Positions 1-7,551 of a stretch of 64,000 nt of DNA are shown piece by piece. Each line of letters begins with the position of its first letter. Position 1 is the stretch's first letter. A program made the position numbers and the translations under genes. The DNA comes from an uncultured Candidatus Peribacteria bacterium (GTDB lineage Bacteria > Patescibacteriota > Gracilibacteria > UBA1369). The stretch is taken from contig CAZGKO010000002.1 of the NCBI GenBank assembly GCA_964526005.1, positions 4,927 through 68,926 of the forward strand, given 5' to 3'. The notes under the pieces are model-generated. The model was not told the origin of the DNA, did no database searches, and saw only the letters and a program-made list of their open reading frames with translations.

Positions 1-537
1 ATTTCCATTTACACCTGCCTGCAATGTAGATTTATCAGAAATCTTTAATGCCTGATTTAATGACTTATTGATGCCATTAATCCTATCTTGATATTTAGTA
101 AGTGCATCACCTGAAACAGATTTCTTAGTTTTTAGATAATTAAATTTGTTAGATAAATTATGTTTAATATCTGATACTTTAGTGTGAATAAAGTCCTGAA
201 TTTCCTTAAATGCTACAGGGGCGGTGGAAATTTTATTAAATCGCAATTGAGGATGTTGTCTGGCAGCCTGCTGAAGAAGATTAATAATGTTAAGAGATGC
301 TTTAGCAAGGGTGTCTTTGTTAGAACGGATGCTGGCAAGAATATTGATTTGTTCGTTTTCGGTTAGATTTTTATTGGATATTCGATTAAAATTGTTCGTA
401 AGATACTTAGTATAAGTTTTGCGTGATTGTGGATCTTTAATTTTAGAGGCATATTTTAATAATTGAGCAATGCAACCCTTAACATAATCAAACTTGCTCC
501 AAGTTGTTGCTTCTTGTAAGAACGTGCCTAAGCCCAT
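1..537 (-). CDS. hypothetical protein, partial (3' end lies beyond the left edge)
   Basis: Own minus-strand translation. ATG at 535-537, then MGLGTFLQEATTWSKFDYVKGCIAQLLKYASKIKDPQSRK...LQAGVNGN stays open to nt 1 (179 codons). Absent from the ORF track because no stop lies in the window. Same frame as 583..2073. Confidence 0.55.
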   Translation of the reverse strand, partial: MGLGTFLQEATTWSKFDYVKGCIAQLLKYASKIKDPQSRKTYTKYLTNNFNRISNKNLTENEQINILASIRSNKDTLAKASLNIINLLQQAARQHPQLRFNKISTAPVAFKEIQDFIHTKVSDIKHNLSNKFNYLKTKKSVSGDALTKYQDRINGINKSLNQALKISDKSTLQAGVNGN

Positions 538-582
538 GCCATCTGCTCCTGAGTTATTAAGAGATTGTTGATTAAAAATTTT

Positions 583-2073
583 TTAATAAACCCCGGAATT
601 GTTATATAGTTTTCCCGCCTGTTTATAAATTTCCTTGGACTCATCCATGCCACCCCAAATGGAACCTGCGAACATAGCACCTTCAAGCTGACGACGAGTA
701 TTTGATTGTTCAAGTAAACGATTGGTTTCCACACCTCCTGCTACTGCCCCTGCAATCGTCCCTTCCGGTCCTCCTAGGGATCCTACTATCGCCCCAGCAG
801 CTGCTCCCTCCGCGTCAAGCAAGGCTCTTGCAATATCATGTTTTATGCTTTTTGTTCCCTGATATTCTCCAATAAGTGCATTATTGCGTGATGGATCTGT
901 AAGACGCTTGATTTTAGCAGTTGTTTGATGCCAATTAGTGGTATTAACTGCCTCAGTTGAAGGTTTTATTTTGAAAAGAAAATCCAATTGAGCATCTTCA
1001 TTATCTTTTGTATCTAATGCTTTTAATTTTTGAAATTGATTAATTAAATATCGTTCATATTTATTTTTTTGAGATAGATTCTGACTGTAAGTATCGTTCA
1101 TCAATAATAATGAAGCCATCAAACCATGTACTCGATCAAATTTAGAATATGATTTAACTACTTCTAAATAAGGTTTTAAATGCATTCCATATTGTAAATC
1201 TGTATAATCCAATCTATTACCCCATTTCTCAGAATAAAGTTTTTTAGTTTTTTGCATTTCCATATTAATCATATTTTTACCTGCTTTATCTCCTCCGTTA
1301 AAAATATGAATACCATATAGGTAACCATCTAAAACACGTCGTGTGCGATTATTGGAATTTGTTTCTTTGCTGAAAGGATTAATGCTGTCTTCATAATCGG
1401 AAATTGTAGCATTAGGCCTATCAGGATCAGTTTTTAAATCAATTTGTGCGGTTATTGCTTGTCGAGCAAGAGGGGTTTTAGGGGTAGTAAGTTGATCGTG
1501 TTTAGATTTTCCCAAATCTTTACTATGCTTTGATTTATATTGTTCTAACCGCGCTATTTCTGGATTTATTGTATTAAAATCTGCAGGTATTTCGGTTTTG
1601 GGGGGCATGTTAAATTGATCGGATGCTTTAGGTTGAATGCGGTTTTTAAATGGAGCTAAATGTCTTACAGCAGTTCTTGTTTGTTTCACAATTTGGCTTT
1701 TCTGTCGCATATAATTATCAACTAAAGAATCAATAATTGCATCACGATTAGCTTCGGTATCAATTGAAGAGTTATGAATTTTGGCGTAGACATTAGTATC
1801 TATAGATTTAAGTTTTGAACCATTCATAATATACTGAACAATTCTAGTGGTATCATTATTGTGATTTTCTTTTAATCGTTTTTTAATCTTCTTGCTATTA
1901 AAACCTTTATCGCCTAATTGTGAAATAGTGTTTGTTAAATGGGTAATTTCATCACTTGCGGTTAAATTTCTAGAATTTTCCTGACTTGAGGATCCTGAAG
2001 GCTGGTGTGCGGATTGAAAAATTAAGCGAGAAGGGACAGAAAAACTATAATTTGATTTCTTTTTATAAAACAT
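583..2073 (-). CDS. hypothetical 496-aa protein with C-terminal glycine-zipper-like segment
   Basis: Long ORF in AT-rich DNA with no signal peptide. C-terminal AAAGAIVGSLGGPEGTIAGAVAGG and GAMFAGSIWGG (nt ~646-816) are small-residue zipper repeats. No family recognised. Confidence 0.7.
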   Translation of the reverse strand: MFYKKKSNYSFSVPSRLIFQSAHQPSGSSSQENSRNLTASDEITHLTNTISQLGDKGFNSKKIKKRLKENHNNDTTRIVQYIMNGSKLKSIDTNVYAKIHNSSIDTEANRDAIIDSLVDNYMRQKSQIVKQTRTAVRHLAPFKNRIQPKASDQFNMPPKTEIPADFNTINPEIARLEQYKSKHSKDLGKSKHDQLTTPKTPLARQAITAQIDLKTDPDRPNATISDYEDSINPFSKETNSNNRTRRVLDGYLYGIHIFNGGDKAGKNMINMEMQKTKKLYSEKWGNRLDYTDLQYGMHLKPYLEVVKSYSKFDRVHGLMASLLLMNDTYSQNLSQKNKYERYLINQFQKLKALDTKDNEDAQLDFLFKIKPSTEAVNTTNWHQTTAKIKRLTDPSRNNALIGEYQGTKSIKHDIARALLDAEGAAAGAIVGSLGGPEGTIAGAVAGGVETNRLLEQSNTRRQLEGAMFAGSIWGGMDESKEIYKQAGKLYNNSGVY

Positions 2074-2084
2074 GATTATTTTTT

Positions 2085-2101
2085 TAAATCTTTATATTAT
2101 A
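2085..2101 (-). promoter_or_regulatory. -10 box plus conserved start-site element (TATAATATAAAGATTTA)
   Basis: Minus strand reads gcTATAATATAAAGATTTAAAAAAATAATC-ATG(2073). The identical 17-mer occurs at 63169-63185(+). Copies with 1-2 mismatches occur at 12310-12326, 13828-13844 and 6021-6037. Confidence 0.5.
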
Positions 2102-2136
2102 GCATAAAAAACTTTAAAATAAAAGAATACGATAGA

Positions 2137-2300
2137 GATCCTGAAACAAGTTCAGGACGAGGGGGTCTCGGTTCAGGACGAGTGGGTGAAAGAAAGGGTA
2201 GATCCTCATTTATAGTTGAAATGAGGAGGGGTGAAAGGATATATTCCAGAGGGGATTCATGGTTGAAATGGGTTCAGTTCAAAATTTGGGTTCGGCGCAT
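2137..2300 (+). repeat. purine-rich intergenic repeat element (member of a dispersed family)
   Basis: GTTCAGGACGAG occurs twice, 21 nt apart. Hairpins: tcctgaa-acaag-ttcagga and cctcattt-atagttg-aaatgagg. Shares CTCGGTTCAGRA with 32331-32342 and GATCCTG...TTCAGGA with 35660-35708. Confidence 0.4.
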
Positions 2301-2361
2301 CTATAGATTATAGCATTAATTTCAAGTTTTTTCAAATTTATTTGTGATTTTTATTTATAAA

Positions 2362-2384
2362 GCCCCCGTCCGATGGACGGGGGC
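2362..2384 (-). terminator. GC-rich hairpin downstream of 2437..3012
   Basis: gcccccgtcc-gat-ggacgggggc, a 10-bp stem about 50 nt after the stop. The U-tract on the minus strand is weak (tttataaataaaaa). Confidence 0.45.
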
Positions 2385-2436
2385 GTGAGAGAACATGACA
2401 GTGGGCGAATGAGAAACAAGATAGATTACAAATAAA

Positions 2437-3012
2437 TTATGCTTCTTGACTGTTAGATTTAATATATTTTTTGGCAACTTTGATAACCTGTTGGACTGCT
2501 TCTGGGTATGACGGTTTGGCTTTATTAATAGGAAAGATTATATAATTAAGAGCCGGATATTTTTTATCTGGATCACGTTCAATGGTGGTCACTTGAATAT
2601 TGGTCACTCTGCCAATTTCATTATAATCAGCTGAAAAAATTAAGCCTGGGAATGCTTTAATAAAATAATTAGAATTGTCCTTTTGGATCTTAGCTAAATC
2701 TGAATATTTATTTAAAATAGTAACCAAAAAACGTTCTTGCGAAATTAAATAATTATAATCAGGTTTTGAATTTGTAATATTTTCATAAATAGATTTGCAT
2801 GAAAATGAACATTCTTTTTGTCTGGCCATTTCTCTTCTTTCAATCGTTTGTTGTGAGTGATCAAGATTATGTTGAAATGCTAAACTTTCATTGCTGATTT
2901 TCCCTGTTTGATCGCGACCACTAAGTAGATTGGAAAGATTTTTCATAGATTGATTAAGCTCTGTCAGGGAAACTGATTTGTTTTTAAATTGCTTTTTAAT
3001 TGTCCCAATCAT
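2437..3012 (-). CDS. hypothetical protein (191 aa)
   Basis: ORF starts 8 nt after the stop of 3021..3470. No recognisable motifs. Confidence 0.65.
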   Translation of the reverse strand: MIGTIKKQFKNKSVSLTELNQSMKNLSNLLSGRDQTGKISNESLAFQHNLDHSQQTIERREMARQKECSFSCKSIYENITNSKPDYNYLISQERFLVTILNKYSDLAKIQKDNSNYFIKAFPGLIFSADYNEIGRVTNIQVTTIERDPDKKYPALNYIIFPINKAKPSYPEAVQQVIKVAKKYIKSNSQEA

Positions 3013-3020
3013 GTTTTCAG

Positions 3021-3470
3021 CTAGTTTTTTTGTCTTAAAGCAAAAGGATCACTGTTCTCAACTGTGTTTTGATAATAAAGTAAGGCACTAAAATGCTGTT
3101 GAAGAATGTTAAATCTGCTTTTTAACGCTCGTTCAGAACTTTGAATATCTACTTTTCGACTGGAAAAATTTTCAGGTTTAAGAATTCGCGAAATATCCAA
3201 TAGGGCTTTTTGACGAATTGCTTTTTTTTCTGTCAGATTACTCCCTCTTAAATCAGTTAAAGCAGAATCTAAACGTGCTTTAGCCGCATCAATTCTAATA
3301 GCTAAGTCGGGATTTTCTATTTTGGCACGATAAGCTAGTTCTTTCATCATTTTATTAGCTTGTTCGGGTGCCTGAATTTCGCCGCGTAAAGCTGCTGTTA
3401 CTGTGGCTTGGGCTAGAGAGAGGATGTCTTTATTTTGATGTTTTTGTGGTTTAGATGATGGTGCTCCCAT
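3021..3470 (-). CDS. hypothetical helical protein (149 aa)
   Basis: Starts 1 nt after the stop of the small ORF 3472..3876. Polar N-terminus MGAPSSKPQKHQNK, no signal peptide. Confidence 0.65.
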   Translation of the reverse strand: MGAPSSKPQKHQNKDILSLAQATVTAALRGEIQAPEQANKMMKELAYRAKIENPDLAIRIDAAKARLDSALTDLRGSNLTEKKAIRQKALLDISRILKPENFSSRKVDIQSSERALKSRFNILQQHFSALLYYQNTVENSDPFALRQKN

Positions 3471-3471
3471 A

Positions 3472-3876
3472 TTATTTATTTTTTAAAGATTTTAGTAATT
3501 TTTGTGTAATTTGTTCTTCAGTTTTTTCATATTTCTTTTCAGCCTGCTTTATTTTTTGATAAATATCTTGATGTTTTAAACTTTCCAATTCAATTTGGAA
3601 ATTAGTATAAATTTTCTTAGTTTCAGAAAGATTTTTTTTATCAATTTCAATATATTGAGCTCTTTCTGTAATTAAAGTAAAATAAAGAGACTGGGCTTGT
3701 TCAGATTCCGGAGCATGAGCGATTTTCAATGTTTCTAATAATTGTAATGGTTTTAAAGAACGAACAGCGGATGATTCGTTGATTAAATCGAGTAGATCTT
3801 GGATTGTGAAGAGATAAGTTGGCATTAGTTTATGAAGCGGTTGAGTCAATAATATCGGAGTCATAAGCTTGAACAA
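3472..3876 (-). CDS. small helical protein, family member 4 (134 aa; start uncertain)
   Basis: The track start at 3876 is TTG; the first ATG is at 3864. Shares SLKPLQL..HAP and QYIEIDKKNL with NLEPDQL..HAP and QILDLDKNYL of 5055..5378. Confidence 0.6.
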   Translation of the reverse strand: MFKLMTPILLTQPLHKLMPTYLFTIQDLLDLINESSAVRSLKPLQLLETLKIAHAPESEQAQSLYFTLITERAQYIEIDKKNLSETKKIYTNFQIELESLKHQDIYQKIKQAEKKYEKTEEQITQKLLKSLKNK

Positions 3877-3913
3877 AGCTTTTTAATTTATGATTATATA
3901 CTTATAATTTATG

Positions 3914-5050
3914 TTATGAGTTTGCTAAACGATTCCAGTTAGTGGAATAAGGCGGGTATTTTATTGTGTTTATGGCATGTTTATGAATGGATGGCATTGA
4001 TTTGCTAATGTCATCATTAGTTATTTTTTTTGGTGGTTTAGCTGATTTTTTGAGAATATTGAGAGCAGATTTAAATCTGTAAAGATTTACTTCCAACTCA
4101 TTAAGTTTCTCTATAGCCCACCGTAATTCATGGAAAGCTGTATTTGCATTATCGAGAGATGTTTTTAATAATTTTGTAGCACTGTTTAAGCTTAGCATAT
4201 TGAGGAGTTTGTTGCTGTTTCTTCTTTTCTCTGTCTGAGTGGAGTTGGTGGGGGGATACTTGTTGTTGTAATTCTTAAATGCTGATTTATATGCCTTCAT
4301 AGATGACTTCAATGATGGGAGAGCCTTGTTATAATAATCGACCTGCTTATCTTTCAAAGCATGTTGTTTTCCTTCCAAGGTGCCTAATAGCTTTTTATAG
4401 TTGTTATAAATGTGCGGGTACTTCGTTATAGCAGTTGTATTAGCCTTAATTTCTAATGACAGGTTTGTTGAAAGTAACAACTTGGCATCAAGGATCGACA
4501 TAGATTTCAACTTAATATACTCCATCTTCTTAGAAGCCTCAGTATCATTCCCCTTAGCTTTCTTAGCTTTCTTAGCTTTCTTAGCAGCCTTAGCTTTCTT
4601 AGCAGCCTCAGTAATAATCTCAGTTTTCTTAGTAGCCACTTCACTTTTTAAACCTGTTTTTTTATACCAATACTTATACTTATTTGATGGAGTGATATTA
4701 GAGTTGACCATAACTGAAGTAAGTAGATTCTTAAGTTGAGTATTTGCCTTTTTCGCATTAATGTCGTGGCTGTTTTCAGCTTGGACCGAAAGTCGATAAG
4801 CCTTCTTGAGATCAGTGATTTTCTGCTGAATTTTCTTATGACCTGAAGAAGATTTTAATTTAGCTTCAAGTTTGGCAATGGCGTTTTTAGCAAAAACACG
4901 AGTCATATTTCTTTTTTCCATAGCTGCAGTAATGATCTTTTTTGTTTCTGGAGGTTTTTTGGAAAATTTTGCTGGTTTTTCTGGATTCTTCTTTGGTGTT
5001 GGTGCTGGTGTTGGTGCTGGTTTAGGTGCTGGTTTAGGTGCGGAGCTCAT
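3914..5050 (-). CDS. Lys/Ala/Pro-rich hypothetical protein (378 aa)
   Basis: N-terminal SAPKPAPKPAPTPAPTPKK and internal KKAKAAKKAKKAKKAK low-complexity tracts. The rest is K/N-rich and helical. No signal peptide. Confidence 0.65.
   Translation of the reverse strand: MSSAPKPAPKPAPTPAPTPKKNPEKPAKFSKKPPETKKIITAAMEKRNMTRVFAKNAIAKLEAKLKSSSGHKKIQQKITDLKKAYRLSVQAENSHDINAKKANTQLKNLLTSVMVNSNITPSNKYKYWYKKTGLKSEVATKKTEIITEAAKKAKAAKKAKKAKKAKGNDTEASKKMEYIKLKSMSILDAKLLLSTNLSLEIKANTTAITKYPHIYNNYKKLLGTLEGKQHALKDKQVDYYNKALPSLKSSMKAYKSAFKNYNNKYPPTNSTQTEKRRNSNKLLNMLSLNSATKLLKTSLDNANTAFHELRWAIEKLNELEVNLYRFKSALNILKKSAKPPKKITNDDISKSMPSIHKHAINTIKYPPYSTNWNRLANS
4552..4608 (-). repeat. 9-nt coding microsatellite (AKK repeats)
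   Basis: Plus strand cttagctttcttagctttcttagctttcttagcagccttagctttcttagcagcc, encoding KKAKAAKKAKKAKKAK. Confidence 0.8.
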
Positions 5051-5054
5051 ATTT

Positions 5055-5378
5055 TTATTTAGTTAAATTTATGTTTTTTAATTGATGTTGACGATCTTGC
5101 TCCTCTTCTTTTATTTGGGAATCTTTAAGAAAATCATTGGCGGAAGAAATTTGTTGTTGTAAATCTGTAGCCGCTTGATTTGCTAAATCGTTTTGAATTT
5201 GTAAGGAATCTAAATAATTCTTATCTAAATCAAGAATTTGTTTGCTGGCTAAAATTAAAGTTTTAGCAGGTGCGTGCTGATAAAGTTCCAAAAAATATTT
5301 TAGTTGATCTGGTTCCAAATTTTGAGCAATTGGAGAGTTTTTAAGAATTCGACTGAATTGTTTATAAATTATTTTCAT
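5055..5378 (-). CDS. small helical protein, family member 3 (107 aa)
   Basis: Stop lies 4 nt before the start of 3914..5050. Start abuts the stop of 5379..6002. Shares motifs with 3472..3876. Confidence 0.65.
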   Translation of the reverse strand: MKIIYKQFSRILKNSPIAQNLEPDQLKYFLELYQHAPAKTLILASKQILDLDKNYLDSLQIQNDLANQAATDLQQQISSANDFLKDSQIKEEEQDRQHQLKNINLTK

Positions 5379-6002
5379 TTAATTTAAATAATTTTTATTA
5401 GCCTGATCACGAATATTGTGGGCAATTCCTTTAATTTCTCGACGTACGTTTTTTTGTTCAATACGTTCCCGATGTAAACGTTGTCTAACATAAGCAGCAT
5501 TATTTCCCATGTGTTCTTCAATTTTCATAATCGGCTTAATAAGTGGTACGATGGGTCTTAATTCAGGGAAAAATAAGGCACCAACTTTAATTCCATATTT
5601 TAATAGAATTTTTTCAGCCCCACCTAATTTAGCAACTTTTTTCTCCATTACTTCACCCTGTTCATCAAGATGACCTTTATAATTCAGTAATCCCACTTTT
5701 ATCATATATTCAATTGGACCACCAATTCCAGGTATACGAGCGAATGTTATTGCAGACAATTGAGCGTTTTTTGGAAGTTTGTTCCAAGCTGTACGTAATG
5801 ACTTCATGGAAGAAGTTTTGTCAATCGTGGATACAAGTTTATAAAGTATTTCTTTGTTCTTAGGATGTTTCGCAAGTTGTTCAATCTGATTAGCGATTCT
5901 CTCCTGTTTAGATTCTGGTTTTTTCATTGATTTTAGCGCTTTTTCATTTTTTGAAAAATCGTATTTAGATAATTCAGATGTTGGGGTTATATGTTCTTTC
6001 AT
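5379..6002 (-). CDS. hypothetical protein (207 aa)
   Basis: First gene after a good promoter. Moderately hydrophobic Gly-rich centre (RIPGIGGPIEYMIKVGLL, KLGGAEKILLKYGIKVGALFF). No family recognised. Confidence 0.65.
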   Translation of the reverse strand: MKEHITPTSELSKYDFSKNEKALKSMKKPESKQERIANQIEQLAKHPKNKEILYKLVSTIDKTSSMKSLRTAWNKLPKNAQLSAITFARIPGIGGPIEYMIKVGLLNYKGHLDEQGEVMEKKVAKLGGAEKILLKYGIKVGALFFPELRPIVPLIKPIMKIEEHMGNNAAYVRQRLHRERIEQKNVRREIKGIAHNIRDQANKNYLN

Positions 6003-6020
6003 TTTGTTTATGTTATTAAA

Positions 6021-6060
6021 TAAATCTTTTAATTATACTATATTTTATATATTAATGCAA
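6021..6060 (-). promoter_or_regulatory. sigma70-type promoter of the 6002..2437 operon
   Basis: Minus strand: TTGCAT (6055-6060), 17-nt spacer, TATAAT (6032-6037), then TAAAAGATTTA start-site element. ATG is 29 nt after the -10. Confidence 0.6.
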
Positions 6061-6216
6061 GAGGGGAGGAGCCCCTTCCTGAAATGAATTTAGGATCAAG
6101 CCAAAGTTGAGGATATGATGTGGAAACAAATTCGTAATGAGGAAAGTCAAAATTGATAATAATTTTAGCTTTTTTACGTTATAATTAGTGAAATTTATTT
6201 AATTATTTTTTAAAAA

Positions 6217-7551
6217 ATGAGTACAAAATTGTTTAAGCAAGGAATTTTAGGACTTTTTACAATAGTGATTTTAGTAATTGGATTACCAATTGCCTTTGCT
6301 GCTACTGCTACAACATTCAGTAATGGAAGTATTACTCATAATCCTTATTATCCAACAAAAGGAAATGCAACTTTTAGTTATACTCTAAATAATTCCCTTG
6401 GTAATGATGTGGTAGCAAATATTTATGCTACCACCAATTTTAACCTCCCTTTGCGTACATGGACTTTTCATAGTGTAAGCTCTGGAGTACATAGTTGGGT
6501 ATGGGATGGAAAAGATACTCAGGGGAAAATTTTAGGAAATGCTTCATATGCTTTAAAAATATTCAGTGCGAACGGAAATATTCAACCTTTATCAATCAAT
6601 TTCACAATTGGTTCAGTATTAATCCCATTTCCGATACTTCCAGTTGTTCTACTTCCGACGGTTAGTAATTTAAGTGTTTCACCAAATCCTTATTATCCAA
6701 CAAAAGGAAATGCAACTTTTAGTTATACTCTAAATAATTCAAGTGGTTCTGCCAATGTGTTAGCAGATATATTTAATATTGCTAGTCCCAATAGCGTTTT
6801 ACATAGCTGGAATTTGAGTAATCAAAATTCTGGAAAAAATACTTTAATTTGGGATGGAAAAGATACTCAGGCGAAAGTTGCCACCAAGGGATCATATTCC
6901 TTAAAAGTTTATGGTCTAGATGGAAATATTCAAATTAAATCAGTACAGCAAAATTTTACAATTGACGCAGCTCCCACTCCTGCTAGCAATAATTGTGATG
7001 GTTTTAGCGATGTAGATAAGAATGATTCTGATTGTGCCGCATTCACTTATATGAAATCTATTGGAGCGATGACCGGAAATCCTAATGGAACATTGACACC
7101 GGAACAATTTTTGCAAAGAGATCAAATGGCAAAGATTGTTTTAAAAACATTTAATAAATATGATAGTTCAGTTGATTATTGTCATGGATTAAACCCTTTT
7201 CCAGATGTAACTAATACTGCATGGTCATTTCAATATATTTGTCGGGGAGTAGAACTTGGTGTGATTACTGGTTATAAAGCTGGAATAGATGCTGGATTCT
7301 ATCGACCTGGAAGATCTGTGAATAGAGTGGAATTTCTTGCGTTGGTGCTTCGAAATTTAAATGAAAATATGCCTAGCAATAATTCTTATTCTTATCATGA
7401 TGTCCCAACCGGACAATGGTATAGCGGTTATGCAAAATATTCTAAAAATAATGCTTTGTATATTGGAACCAATTTATATTCGACAGCCTATACCACTCGA
7501 AGAGAAGTGGCAGAGATTATATATAAACTACATAATCTTGGAAAGATTTAA
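6217..7551 (+). CDS. SLH-domain surface protein with two FlgD-Ig-like modules
   Basis: Signal peptide LGLFTIVILVIGLPIAFAATA. Two copies of NPYYPTKGNATFSYTLNNS...WDGKDTQ (FlgD-Ig-like). C-terminal SLH-like motifs FSDVDKND..., FPDVTNTAWSFQYI..., YHDVPTGQWYSGYAKY. Confidence 0.8.
   Translation: MSTKLFKQGILGLFTIVILVIGLPIAFAATATTFSNGSITHNPYYPTKGNATFSYTLNNSLGNDVVANIYATTNFNLPLRTWTFHSVSSGVHSWVWDGKDTQGKILGNASYALKIFSANGNIQPLSINFTIGSVLIPFPILPVVLLPTVSNLSVSPNPYYPTKGNATFSYTLNNSSGSANVLADIFNIASPNSVLHSWNLSNQNSGKNTLIWDGKDTQAKVATKGSYSLKVYGLDGNIQIKSVQQNFTIDAAPTPASNNCDGFSDVDKNDSDCAAFTYMKSIGAMTGNPNGTLTPEQFLQRDQMAKIVLKTFNKYDSSVDYCHGLNPFPDVTNTAWSFQYICRGVELGVITGYKAGIDAGFYRPGRSVNRVEFLALVLRNLNENMPSNNSYSYHDVPTGQWYSGYAKYSKNNALYIGTNLYSTAYTTRREVAEIIYKLHNLGKI
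6340..6395 (+). repeat. exact 56-nt intragenic duplication (copy 1; copy 2 at 6685..6740)
   Basis: aatccttattatccaacaaaaggaaatgcaacttttagttatactctaaataattc is identical at both positions. The surrounding domain copies have diverged. Confidence 0.9.

Noticed and set aside
184-734. Track ORFs 184..366(+) and 528..734(-)
   Set aside because: Both are short and overlap longer, more coherent minus-strand frames (the partial CDS 1..537 and the 496-aa ORF). They have no motifs.
4410-5066. Plus-strand ORFs 4410..4739 and 4872..5066, antisense to 3914..5050
   Set aside because: These are mirror images of the Lys/Ala/Pro codon repeats (FLAFLAFLA, GAGVGAGLGA). Such antisense frames stay open by composition alone.
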